64,000 nt of DNA, from contig JBNGDF010000008.1 of NCBI GenBank assembly GCA_049975265.1, forward strand, positions 1 to 64,000. The letters run 5' to 3'. The notes beneath the pieces are model-generated. The model saw only the letters and a program-made list of their open reading frames with translations. It ran no database searches and was not told where the DNA came from. Below, piece after piece: positions 42,815 to 52,696 of this stretch. Position 1 is the first letter of the stretch; every line of letters begins with the position of its first letter. Source of the stretch: Fidelibacterota bacterium (GTDB lineage: Bacteria > Fidelibacterota > UBA2242). Position numbers and translations under genes: made by a program.

Positions 42815-43840
42815 ATGATTCCCAGGATTGTAACCTTTGGAGAGATCATGCTGCGCCTGGCGCCTGATGATTATGAGCGGATCATCCAGACGAATCGGTT
42901 TCAGGCAACCTACGGCGGAGGTGAAGCCAATGTAGCGGTATCGCTGGCACAGCTGGGCGACGAGTGTTGGTTTGTGACCCGTCTGCCGGAGAATGCTCTC
43001 GGCGATGCGGCAATCCAGACGCTGTCTGGCTATGGTGTCCGGGTTGACCACATTATACGCGGCGGTCAGCGGATCGGTATCTACTTTCTGGAGCAGGGTG
43101 CCTCGCTGCGTCCGTCCAGGGTGATCTACGACCGCGCCGGATCGGCGATAACGGAAATCAAGACCGGGAGCCTGGAATGGTCAGCGATTTTTAAGGGGAA
43201 GGACTGGTTTCATATTACCGGAATCACGCCGGCGATTTCGAAGTCGGCAGCCGCCGTCAGTCTGGAGGCAGTCAGGACGGCGAAGCATGCCGGTCTGAGA
43301 GTCAGTTGTGACCTGAATTATCGCAGGAAGCTCTGGACCCGCGTTGAGGCGCAGGCAGTTATGGCGGAATTGGTTCGGTATACCGATCTGATCATTGCCA
43401 ATGAAGAGGATGCCGCTGACGTATTTGGAATCCGCGCCGGTGCCGGTGATGTAAAAGCGGGGAAGTTGGATAGTGCCCAGTATCGGGATGTTGCAGAACA
43501 GCTGGCGGCTTTGTCGGGTGCCGGAAAAGTCGCCATAACTCTGCGGGAAAGTCTCTCGGCGTCGGATAACAACTGGTCGGCGCTGCTGTTTGATGGTGAA
43601 AATTTTTATGAGAGTCGCAAATATGCGATTCACATAGTCGATCGGGTTGGCGGCGGCGATTCTTTTGGTGCCGGTCTGATTCACGGTCTGCTCAGGGGTT
43701 GGGAGATGCAGACCGCGCTGGAGTTTGCCGTTGCGGCATCCGCGCTGAAACAGACCATTCCCGGAGATATGAATCTGGTCAAAGAAGATGAAGTTATGGC
43801 TGTCGTGAAGGGTGATGTTTCGGGGCGGGTTCAGCGCTGA
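42815..43840 (+). CDS. kdgK: 2-dehydro-3-deoxygluconokinase (PfkB family)
   Basis: VTFGEIMLRL, GGGEANVAVSL, YDRAGSA, DLNYRRKLW, DRVGGGDSFGAG; start 42800-42815. Confidence 0.92.
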   Translation: MIPRIVTFGEIMLRLAPDDYERIIQTNRFQATYGGGEANVAVSLAQLGDECWFVTRLPENALGDAAIQTLSGYGVRVDHIIRGGQRIGIYFLEQGASLRPSRVIYDRAGSAITEIKTGSLEWSAIFKGKDWFHITGITPAISKSAAAVSLEAVRTAKHAGLRVSCDLNYRRKLWTRVEAQAVMAELVRYTDLIIANEEDAADVFGIRAGAGDVKAGKLDSAQYRDVAEQLAALSGAGKVAITLRESLSASDNNWSALLFDGENFYESRKYAIHIVDRVGGGDSFGAGLIHGLLRGWEMQTALEFAVAASALKQTIPGDMNLVKEDEVMAVVKGDVSGRVQR

Positions 43841-43903
43841 AATATCGCATCCGGCAGCTGTCGCCGGCTGAATGATTTTGGAAAACATGAAAAAGGAGTT
43901 GTT

Positions 43904-45151
43904 ATGAAATTGTCCAGGTATTCGATGGGTGTTGGGGACCGCTTTGGTCGGGAAGGGGTTGCCCAGTTAGCCGCGATGTTCAAAGCCAGTGAACAGGGTA
44001 TTCCGATAACACCTGTTTGGAATAAATCGTTTCGCGAACATCAGATCATTGGTAGTACACCGGCGGACACCCGTCGGGCGGCGGATGAAGCGGTGCGCTC
44101 TGCGGGATGGCAGGCGGCTTACTTTGTGGATGGCGACCATATCGATCTGAAAACGGTGGACGATTTTATGCAATCCAGCGATTTTTTTACCATGGATGTC
44201 GCCGACGAAATCGGCAAGCCGGTGGAAGATGCAAAATTGCGGGAGTATATGCAGTTTTGTGAGCGGTTTCACCGGTCGTTTGAAATTCCCGGGATTGCGG
44301 AGAAGCTCGACGTCAGCCCCGAGATGGTTCGTCAGATTGCGCAACAGTATCTGGCGGGTATTCTGGAGGCAGAAAAAATCTACCGGCATATCGCAGAACG
44401 GGTAAAGAAGCCCTTTGTGCTGGAGTTGTCCATCGATGAAACAGAGCAGCCGCAGCGTCCGGTGGAGCTTTTCTTTATTCTGGCGGGTGCCGCCTGGTGC
44501 CGTCTGCCGCTGGATACGATCGCGCCGAAGTTCAGCGGTCGTTTCAATAAGGGGGTCGATTATGTGGGTGATGCCGCCCGGTTTGCCCGGGAATTTGAGG
44601 AGGACATTCTGGTGGTCAAATTTGCCGTACAGGAATTTGGATTGCCGGCATCGTTGAAACTGAGCGTCCATTCCGGCAGCGATAAATTTACCCTTTATCC
44701 GATTATTCGGAAAATTTTGCATAAACAGAACGCCGGAGTTCACCTGAAGACGGCGGGTACCACCTGGCTCGAAGAGCTGATTGGTATCGCTGCCGCTGGT
44801 GGCGCCGGTCTGGATCTGGCGAAATCGATCTATTCCGATGCCTATGACCGCCAGGCGGAGCTGGTAAAACCCTATGCTCCGGTGCTGGATATTCACCCCA
44901 AACGTCTGCCCTCTCCGGCGGATGTCCGGACCTGGAGCAGTGCTGAATTCGTTGGTGCATTGCGGCATGTTCAGACGGAAAAACGGTATAATCCCGACTT
45001 TCGCCAGCTCCTGCACGTAGCATATAAAATTGCCGCCGAGCGGTGCACAGAATTCGACCGGGCGCTCCAGCATTATGTCGATTTTATCGCTCCCAACGTG
45101 ACCGAAAACCTCTTTGAACGCCATATCAAGCCGCTGTTTTTAGAGGAATAA
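43904..45151 (+). CDS. uxaE: Tagaturonate/fructuronate epimerase family protein
   Basis: SMGVGDRFG, DGDH, ELSIDETE, GRFNKGVDY, KLSVHSGSDKF, HLKTAGTTWLE. Confidence 0.88.
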   Translation: MKLSRYSMGVGDRFGREGVAQLAAMFKASEQGIPITPVWNKSFREHQIIGSTPADTRRAADEAVRSAGWQAAYFVDGDHIDLKTVDDFMQSSDFFTMDVADEIGKPVEDAKLREYMQFCERFHRSFEIPGIAEKLDVSPEMVRQIAQQYLAGILEAEKIYRHIAERVKKPFVLELSIDETEQPQRPVELFFILAGAAWCRLPLDTIAPKFSGRFNKGVDYVGDAARFAREFEEDILVVKFAVQEFGLPASLKLSVHSGSDKFTLYPIIRKILHKQNAGVHLKTAGTTWLEELIGIAAAGGAGLDLAKSIYSDAYDRQAELVKPYAPVLDIHPKRLPSPADVRTWSSAEFVGALRHVQTEKRYNPDFRQLLHVAYKIAAERCTEFDRALQHYVDFIAPNVTENLFERHIKPLFLEE

Positions 45152-45169
45152 TTCCATTTAGCGGGTCCT

Positions 45170-48100
45170 ATGCGACGTTTCAATCAATTCAAGAAGATAA
45201 ACCAATTCCTTCTGTTTATTGGACTGGTGACGGGATTTCTGTATGCCGCCGTTCCGAAAATCAGTTTTGAGCATCTGACGATCAAAAACGGTCTTTCCGA
45301 CGGCAGAATAGACTGCATCACCCAGGACAGCTACGGCTTTCTGTGGTTTGGAACGCAGGATGGGTTGAATCGCTTTGACGGCTACAGTTTTACGGTTTTT
45401 GACCACGACATTTTTGATTCCACGTCGATATCTTCCAACTGGATTCGTTGCGTTGCCGAGGATCGTGAGGGTAATCTCTGGATTGGAACGGAGGGCGGCG
45501 GGTTAAACCGCTTCGATTACGAGATGGAGCAGTTTACCCGCTGGTTCAATCAACCGAACGATCCGGAAAGTCTGAATGATAACTTTGTCCGGGTCATTCT
45601 GGTGGACAGCTACGGCGATCTCTGGATCGGAACCAGGACCGGGCTGGTCCAATTTGATTACGAAAAGGGTCGCTTCGTCCCCTTCCACCATGAACCATAT
45701 AATGTCAACAGCCCGGCTTTCAATGAAAATATTACCGATTTGATTGAGGACAGTCACCGCAATCTCTGGATCGGTACGCAGGACGGCATTTACCATTACA
45801 ATCGTCAAAAGGGAACCGTCCGGCACTGGCGCTTTTCCAGTGAAGCAGACCGGATCAGTGCTATTTTCGAAGACAGCTACGGAGACGTCTGGGTTGGCAG
45901 CCGCTATACCGGCATCAAAGTCTTTGACCGGAAAACCCGTTCCTTTACTCTATTTCAAAACGAACCCGACGATGCTGCCAGCCTGAGCAGCAACGAGGTG
46001 AAGGATATTTTTGAAGACCGGGACAATAATCTCTGGATTGCGACGATTCAGGGCGGTCTGAATCTATACGATCGGAGTAGCGGCAAATTCCGGCATTTTA
46101 TCAATAATCCCGATGATCCTTCGAGTCTGAGCAGTAACAGTGTCCGCACCATCTACCAGGACCGTACCGGTGTGATGTGGTTCGGAATGGACGGGAGCGG
46201 CATCGACCACTATGTTAAAGACCGTCAAAAATTCCAACTCTACCATAACCGGATCGGGAATCCCTATAATCTCAGTAACAATACGATTTTATCCATTTAT
46301 GAGGACCGCGAAGGTCTTCTCTGGCTTGGAACCGAGGGTGGTGGCTTGAACCGCCTTGATCTCAAATCCAGCAGTTGTGTTCATTATCTGGCTGATAAGG
46401 ATGATCAGCGGAGTATCAGCAGTGATCAGGTCACCTGTATTTTTGAAGATGGCGACGGGCATTTCTGGATCGGGACAAAGGAGGGTTTGAACCGCTTTGA
46501 ACGGCGTCAAAATTCCTTTACCCGTCATTACAATACCAATACACCGATCACCTCCAATAATTTCATCAACATTATTCAGGAAGATGATCGCGGGCGGCTT
46601 ATTCTGGGCACCAATAATGGGATTGTCTGCTTTGACAAGTCCAGTGGCGAATTCGAGCACCTTGATTTTGATGAGAGCGGGGTTCTGAACAGTGAGGTTG
46701 TCCTGACGCTGCTAGTCGATAATGGGATTTTGTGGATCGGATATCTACGTTCCGGTCTGGTGGCTTACGATCTGCAGGAGAAGCGGTACACCCATTTTCG
46801 CTCTGACCCCGCCCGCTCGGACCGTCTGAGTAATAATTTTGTGCAGTATATTTACAGGGACAACAGGGGACATCTCTGGGTTGCCACCCGGAAAGGACTG
46901 AACTGCAAAATTCCGGGTTCCGATGGCTTCCGGCAGTACACCAAGGCGGAGGGTTTGCCCAGCAATGTGATCGTCGGCATTCTTGAAGACCGTAACGGCT
47001 GCCTCTGGCTCAGTACCACCAACGGGCTTTCGAAATTTGATCCGCGGCAGGAAACCTTCACGAATTACGATATTGATGATGGACTGCAGGGCAATCAGTT
47101 TTGGATCAACTCCTGCTTCAGGAGTCCTTCCGGTGAACTCTTTTTCGGGGGCAATAACGGTTTTAATTCCTTCTATCCCGAGCGGCTGGAGGCGCTGTCC
47201 AATCCTCTGGTACCGCCCATCTTCATTACCCGCATTGTGGTGCGGGAAAAGCCCTATCCCTACAGTGTGACATCAAATTTCAGCGAACGCCCGCCGGTTG
47301 AATTTGCCCATAACGAAAACCGGATTTCCTTTGAATTTGCAGCGCTCGACTTCACCCGCCCGGGGAAAAATCAGTATGCGTACCGGCTGGAAGGCTTTGA
47401 TGACAAGTGGATCAGCGCGGGAACCCGACGCTATGCAAATTATACGAATTTAAATCCCGGACGCTATGTTTTCCGCGTAAAAGGGAGCAATAATGACGGC
47501 GTCTGGAACGAGACGGGGACATCATTCAGCTTTATCATCAAAACGCCTTTCTGGAAAACCGGCTGGGCGATTCTGCTCTATGTAATCGGGTTAATCGGAA
47601 TTGTTTATGGAATCAATGTGTACACCCTGAATCTGGTACGTGCCCGGCATGATCTGAAAATCGAACGGATGGAGAAGGAACAGGTTCAGAAGTTGAACAA
47701 ATTCAAACTGCAATTTTTTACCGATGTAGCGCATGAACTCAAGGCTCCGTTGACCCTGATTCAGGCGCCGCTGGATGAGATTTTGCATTCGGGCAGAAAA
47801 AATCTACCCTATAAAAAAGAGTTGCAGTTAATGTATCGTAATGTAAAATACCTGACCCGGCTGGTCTATCAGTTGCTGACCTTTCGGCGGGCTGAGCAGA
47901 AACGCATGACTCTGAAGGCTTCGCAGGGTGACCTGATTCAGTTCGCCCGGGAGGTGTTCGAACTCTTTGCCGAAAGTGCCAGAAAGCACCATATCGATTA
48001 TCGCTTTGAGGCGCAGGTGTCACCGCTCAACGGCTGGTTCGATTGGGAAAAGCTGGAAGAGATACTCATCAACATCATCGATAACGCCTTCAAATATACG

Positions 48101-49291
48101 CCGGATAACGGGCGTATTTGTGTGAAAATCGCGCCGGACGACGACGCCCCGGACAGCTGGGTAGAGATCAGTGTCAAGGACAGTGGGGTCGGAATCAGTG
48201 CCAAAAATCTGGAACATCTTTTTGAACGGTTTTATTATGCCGGCAACGGACAACATACCAGCCGGCTCAGTTCCGGATTGGGTCTGGCGCTGACCAAACG
48301 GCTGGTGGAGCTGCATCACGGGAGGATCCTCGTTGAGAGTCAGGAGGGCTGCGGAAGCACCTTCCGGATACAATTGCCCGTGAGTCGTGAAAAGTTGAGC
48401 GATGATGAGATTATCACCGATATTTCGGAGACAGCTCATTTTCACCGGATTGTGGAAGCGGGCAGTGAGGATCCGGTGGTATCGGAAGATACGGTGGAAA
48501 AGACGGCGGACTCCAAAGACGTCGCCGAGCGACCGCTGGTGTTGCTCGTTGAAGATGACAGTGAGCTGCGGGCGTACCTGCGTAAATCGTTATCTCAGAA
48601 ATACCGTATCGCGGAAGCACGGGATGGCGCCAAGGGCTTTGAGAAGGCGAGAATGCTGGTGCCGAACATCATTATCAGCGATGTCATCATGCCGAATCTT
48701 GATGGGATTGAGATGTGCCGGCGGCTCAAAGATGAAATTACCACCAGCCATATTCCGATTATTCTGTTGACGGCGAAGGCGACCATCGAGGCAAAAATCC
48801 AGGGAATTGAAACCGGTGCTGACGATTATATTGAAAAACCTTTCCATTTCCGCTTTCTGAATGCCCGCATCAAGAATATTCTGAAATCCCGGGAGAAATT
48901 GCGGGAGCGCTACCGCAAGGAGCTGATTCTTGAGCCGGAAGAGGTCTCGGTGACCTCGACGGACGAAAAGCTGTTGATGAGTATCCGCAAACTCGTGGAA
49001 GCGCGCCTGGACGATCCGACTCTGGAGGTCGGACATCTTGCCGTTGAAACCGGTTTGAGCCGCACGAACCTGTTCATCAAGCTGAAAGCGCTGACCGGTT
49101 ATTCGCCCGGGGAGTTCATCAGAACCATCCGTCTGGAAAAAGCCGCCCAGTATCTGGAGAAGAGCGATATGACCGTCAGCGAGATCGCCTACGCCGTGGG
49201 ATTCAAATATCCCAAATATTTCAGTACCTGCTTCCATCAGTATTTCGGTCGGACACCTTCCGAATACCGGGAGCAGGTGGAAATTCGGTAA
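45170..49291 (+). CDS. Hybrid two-component system (beta-propeller sensor, Y_Y_Y, TM, HisKA, HATPase, REC, AraC)
   Basis: Many D..G.LWIGT..GL repeats; YTNLNPGRYVFRVK; AHELKAPLTLI; GLGLAL; SDVIMP; VGFKYPKYFS. Confidence 0.96.
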   Translation: MRRFNQFKKINQFLLFIGLVTGFLYAAVPKISFEHLTIKNGLSDGRIDCITQDSYGFLWFGTQDGLNRFDGYSFTVFDHDIFDSTSISSNWIRCVAEDREGNLWIGTEGGGLNRFDYEMEQFTRWFNQPNDPESLNDNFVRVILVDSYGDLWIGTRTGLVQFDYEKGRFVPFHHEPYNVNSPAFNENITDLIEDSHRNLWIGTQDGIYHYNRQKGTVRHWRFSSEADRISAIFEDSYGDVWVGSRYTGIKVFDRKTRSFTLFQNEPDDAASLSSNEVKDIFEDRDNNLWIATIQGGLNLYDRSSGKFRHFINNPDDPSSLSSNSVRTIYQDRTGVMWFGMDGSGIDHYVKDRQKFQLYHNRIGNPYNLSNNTILSIYEDREGLLWLGTEGGGLNRLDLKSSSCVHYLADKDDQRSISSDQVTCIFEDGDGHFWIGTKEGLNRFERRQNSFTRHYNTNTPITSNNFINIIQEDDRGRLILGTNNGIVCFDKSSGEFEHLDFDESGVLNSEVVLTLLVDNGILWIGYLRSGLVAYDLQEKRYTHFRSDPARSDRLSNNFVQYIYRDNRGHLWVATRKGLNCKIPGSDGFRQYTKAEGLPSNVIVGILEDRNGCLWLSTTNGLSKFDPRQETFTNYDIDDGLQGNQFWINSCFRSPSGELFFGGNNGFNSFYPERLEALSNPLVPPIFITRIVVREKPYPYSVTSNFSERPPVEFAHNENRISFEFAALDFTRPGKNQYAYRLEGFDDKWISAGTRRYANYTNLNPGRYVFRVKGSNNDGVWNETGTSFSFIIKTPFWKTGWAILLYVIGLIGIVYGINVYTLNLVRARHDLKIERMEKEQVQKLNKFKLQFFTDVAHELKAPLTLIQAPLDEILHSGRKNLPYKKELQLMYRNVKYLTRLVYQLLTFRRAEQKRMTLKASQGDLIQFAREVFELFAESARKHHIDYRFEAQVSPLNGWFDWEKLEEILINIIDNAFKYTPDNGRICVKIAPDDDAPDSWVEISVKDSGVGISAKNLEHLFERFYYAGNGQHTSRLSSGLGLALTKRLVELHHGRILVESQEGCGSTFRIQLPVSREKLSDDEIITDISETAHFHRIVEAGSEDPVVSEDTVEKTADSKDVAERPLVLLVEDDSELRAYLRKSLSQKYRIAEARDGAKGFEKARMLVPNIIISDVIMPNLDGIEMCRRLKDEITTSHIPIILLTAKATIEAKIQGIETGADDYIEKPFHFRFLNARIKNILKSREKLRERYRKELILEPEEVSVTSTDEKLLMSIRKLVEARLDDPTLEVGHLAVETGLSRTNLFIKLKALTGYSPGEFIRTIRLEKAAQYLEKSDMTVSEIAYAVGFKYPKYFSTCFHQYFGRTPSEYREQVEIR

Positions 49292-49315
49292 TCCGCATAA
49301 CATATATCAATCACA

Positions 49316-49378
49316 GAACATAATTGAACCATTTCTGAACGCAATCGGATTGACACGGGGGGGCGTTATCCGTATTTT
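49316..49378 (+). promoter_or_regulatory. Promoter with upstream phased direct repeats (candidate HTCS site)
   Basis: GAAC at 49316, 49326 and 49337; TTGACA (49350)-N17-TATTTT (49373). Confidence 0.55.
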
Positions 49379-49421
49379 CAAACAGGATGTAAAGAAATAA
49401 AATAAGCGGAGGATTGTCGGT

Positions 49422-50792
49422 ATGAAAAAAATGTTACTATGTCTGAGTGTTCTTTTTGCGGCGGGTACGCTGCTGTATTCGCAGATATTTGTTCCACCCG
49501 GCGAGGGTACTCTCCATCAGGCTCTGGCTGATGCTGCCGACGGTGATGTTTTTCAGCTGGCGCCCGGTGAGACCTATACCGAAACCGGCTATACGGAGTT
49601 TGGCAATATTGTCGGGATGGATATCGCCATCGAAGTTGATGGCGACGGTTCGGAAAAGGCGGTTGTAAAGATGCAGACTGAGCGTGAGGGTGAAGAGACC
49701 ATTGCCTTTTTTAATGTTGGTGATCAAGCCTCACTGACCCTGCGGGGTGTCGAATTCGACGGCGCCTTAAACGATCTTCCCAATGCCAATTATCTGGTTA
49801 CCTTTACAATGGGAGAGGAGCCCACACCGATTCTGGTTAAAAAGATAACAGTTGAAAACTGCTATATCCACAATCTGGTGGACGATGTAATCGCCGCCGG
49901 TAACGGTGATATGAAGTATAATGTGGTCGTGGATTCCACGATCGTTGATAATGTCGTTATCACGAATACCTGCACCTCGATTTATTACAAATATGCCGGG
50001 GCAAATTTTATCTCCCTGACCAATTCGACCATCCACAACATCAACAGCTACGGTCTGCGGATCGCCGGTCCGGTGGAGAGCGGTCTGCCGGATAATACGC
50101 CCGTCGTCGTGATTGATCATACGACCTGGTATAAAATCGGGGTCGGCGACGATCAGCGCGAGACGATTCAGGGTGAGAAGGGACCTTTGCTGAATCCCTG
50201 GACGGTTTCGAATTCGATTTTTGTTGATCAGGTAAATAAAGACCGGACTTTTATTAATATTAAGGATAATCCCGGTCCTGGTGAAGAGAATGACTATCTG
50301 TCAACCATTGCCAGTATCTGTTTCTGGGATATCGGACAGGTGAATTTCAGGAGCCACACGGTGATGGATACATTGCGGATGGATCCGGGTTTTGCCGATC
50401 CTGATAACGGGGATTTTACCCTGCCGGCGCATTCACCACTCTTTTCTTTGGGGACGGATGGTGGTCCCATCGGTGATCCCCGCTGGTATATCGGGGTTTA
50501 TGCGATTGAAGATGATGTTCCGGTGGTCAGGTCTTTTGCATTGCATCAGAACTATCCGAATCCCTTTAATCCGGTGACGCAAATTTCCTTTGACTTGGCA
50601 AAATCGGGCTGGACAACGCTGGCGGTCTATGATTTGATGGGACGCGAGCTGGCGGTGATTGCCTCTGAAAACATGCGTCCCGGGAGTTATGAATACCGTT
50701 TTGATGCCAGCGGTTTGAGCTCGGGGGTCTATTTTTACCGGCTCAGTACCGCCGGTCAGACACTCACCAGGAAGATGATGTACCTTGAATAG
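49422..50792 (+). CDS. Secreted acidic beta-helix-like protein (DUF4957/DUF5123-like) with C-terminal sorting domain
   Basis: Signal peptide; stacked V.N/I.N repeats; DPGFADPDNGDFTL...IGDPRW; LHQNYPNPFNP...SSGVYFYRL. Confidence 0.7.
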   Translation: MKKMLLCLSVLFAAGTLLYSQIFVPPGEGTLHQALADAADGDVFQLAPGETYTETGYTEFGNIVGMDIAIEVDGDGSEKAVVKMQTEREGEETIAFFNVGDQASLTLRGVEFDGALNDLPNANYLVTFTMGEEPTPILVKKITVENCYIHNLVDDVIAAGNGDMKYNVVVDSTIVDNVVITNTCTSIYYKYAGANFISLTNSTIHNINSYGLRIAGPVESGLPDNTPVVVIDHTTWYKIGVGDDQRETIQGEKGPLLNPWTVSNSIFVDQVNKDRTFINIKDNPGPGEENDYLSTIASICFWDIGQVNFRSHTVMDTLRMDPGFADPDNGDFTLPAHSPLFSLGTDGGPIGDPRWYIGVYAIEDDVPVVRSFALHQNYPNPFNPVTQISFDLAKSGWTTLAVYDLMGRELAVIASENMRPGSYEYRFDASGLSSGVYFYRLSTAGQTLTRKMMYLE

Positions 50793-50829
50793 AATCATTC
50801 TTTCTCCTTTGGTTTCTCCTTTTCTGAAA

Positions 50830-50876
50830 GGTTTGGGCGTCCCGGCTAATGGTCTCATTGCCGGGACGCACAGACC
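50830..50876 (+). other. Long intergenic stem-loop without a U-tract
   Basis: ggtttg-g-gcgtcccggc...gccgggacgc-a-cagacc. Confidence 0.65.
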
Positions 50877-50937
50877 AATTCCCGAGGCGGGAAATAGCGG
50901 GCTGGCTGAATAATTTTATGAATGGATGTAAACGGAT

Positions 50938-52623
50938 TTGAGACTACGAAAATTTATTAAATACGGGCTGTTTTGCGGAGTGGGAATAAGTATGGTTGTG
51001 ATCGTTGACGGCAAACCGCTGGCGTTCCCGACAGCTGAGGGTGCCGGTCGTTATACCATCGGCGGCAGGGGCGGTGTTGTTTACGAGGTGACCAATCTGA
51101 ATGACAGCGGTCCGGGCAGTCTGCGGGAGGCGGTGGAAGCCTACGGCCCCCGTACCGTGGTGTTTCGGGTATCCGGGACAATCCAGTTGGAAAGTGAGCT
51201 GAAAATCGGCAATGCCTATATCACTATCGCCGGACAGACGGCGCCCGGAGACGGCATCTGTCTGCGGGACTATCCGGTCAGAATCGACGCTCATAATGTT
51301 ATTATCCGGTACATGCGCTTCCGGTTGGGTGATGAAACACCGGATGGTGGCGATCACGATGCTCTCTGGAGCCGTTACCGCTGGAATATCATCCTCGACC
51401 ACTGTTCTGCCAGCTGGAGCGTGGATGAGACTATGTCGATTTATGGGACCGACAGTCTGACGATTCAGTGGTGCCTGATTTCCGAAAGTCTTTACATGTC
51501 CCATCATGAAAAAGGTGCTCACGGTTACGGCGGCATCTGGGGCGGCAGGGATGTTAGTTTTCATCATAACCTTTTTGCCCACCATTCCAGCCGGACGCCC
51601 CGTTTTGCCGGTGGCGAGACGCCGGTTTGTGTCAATGTCGATTTCCGGAACAATGTGATTTATAACTGGGGTTTTAATAATATTTACGGCGGTGAAGGGG
51701 GCACCATCAATATTGTTGCCAATTACTACAAACCCGGACCTGCAACCAAGTCCAATGTCCATGACCGGATTTTCGATCCCACGGGAAGCGAGGGGCGGTA
51801 TTACATTGTTGATAACTATATGGACGGATATCCCGATATAACAGCGGACAATTGGAGCGGAGTCGATGGAAGTTATGCCTATGCACCGGAAATTAAATCG
51901 GATTCCGCATTTCCGGCGGTGGCGCTTGAATGGCAGCCGGCGGAAGAGGCTTACGAACTGGTACTGGACAATGCGGGTGCCACCTTTCCCGTACGGGACA
52001 CGGTGGACAAACGGGTCATTCGTGATGTTCGCAACGGTACAGCCACCTTTGATGGCTATTACTATGAGATCAAACAGGGTTTTAGCGATACAAGCGTAGT
52101 GCGGGGGATTATTGATTCTCAAAATGATGTCGGTGGTTGGCCCGCCCTGCAGAGCCTTGAAGCGCCTCTGGACAGCGATCATGACGGTATGCCTGATCTG
52201 TGGGAGGTGTCGCAGCTGCTCGATCCTGACGATCCGGAGGACCGCAATCGAACCGATGAAAAGGGGTATACCGCATTGGAAAATTATCTGAACAGCATCG
52301 TCGACGAGTATGTCAGCAGCATGGCGGCAGAAGCCGCCCTTCCGGCAGGATTTCAGGTGGGTCAAAATTATCCCAATCCCTTCAATCCGACGACAACGCT
52401 GCAGTTCTTCGTGCCCAAATCCGGGAACATGTCGATCATGGTTTACGATCTCGCCGGACAGCGAGTGAAAAATCTCTACACCGGATTCTGTCCAGGTGGC
52501 TATCATTCGGTTCGCTGGCAGGGAGATAATGACCGGGGTTATGCGGTTTCCAGCGGAGTCTATTTAGCTGTGTTCAGATTTAACAGAGTACAGGAAGTCA
52601 TCAAGATGCAGTTGATGCGTTAA
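50938..52623 (+). CDS. Secreted pectate lyase (PL1-type) with C-terminal FlgD-Ig sorting domain
   Basis: LAFPTAEGAG..T.GGRGG, NLNDSGPGSLR, IAGQTAPGDGI, DHCSASWSVDE, HHNLFAHHSSRTPR, DSDHDGMPD, NYPNPFNP. Confidence 0.9.
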   Translation: MRLRKFIKYGLFCGVGISMVVIVDGKPLAFPTAEGAGRYTIGGRGGVVYEVTNLNDSGPGSLREAVEAYGPRTVVFRVSGTIQLESELKIGNAYITIAGQTAPGDGICLRDYPVRIDAHNVIIRYMRFRLGDETPDGGDHDALWSRYRWNIILDHCSASWSVDETMSIYGTDSLTIQWCLISESLYMSHHEKGAHGYGGIWGGRDVSFHHNLFAHHSSRTPRFAGGETPVCVNVDFRNNVIYNWGFNNIYGGEGGTINIVANYYKPGPATKSNVHDRIFDPTGSEGRYYIVDNYMDGYPDITADNWSGVDGSYAYAPEIKSDSAFPAVALEWQPAEEAYELVLDNAGATFPVRDTVDKRVIRDVRNGTATFDGYYYEIKQGFSDTSVVRGIIDSQNDVGGWPALQSLEAPLDSDHDGMPDLWEVSQLLDPDDPEDRNRTDEKGYTALENYLNSIVDEYVSSMAAEAALPAGFQVGQNYPNPFNPTTTLQFFVPKSGNMSIMVYDLAGQRVKNLYTGFCPGGYHSVRWQGDNDRGYAVSSGVYLAVFRFNRVQEVIKMQLMR

Positions 52624-52696
52624 TACAGCGGACGATATGAACGCAATGAGTTATATGACATATAATCAAAACAGTCAACGATTTTCAGGAGAGGCG

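Noticed and set aside
45400..47100. Recurring ctctggat(c/t)gg-like nucleotide motifs
   Set aside because: They encode the LWIGT beta-propeller blades of the HTCS sensor and are not a DNA repeat element
50944..52506. 520-aa antisense ORF (also 43967..45124, 22494..23474, 55112..55975)
   Set aside because: Shadow ORFs opposite well-supported genes; no motifs; expected from codon bias
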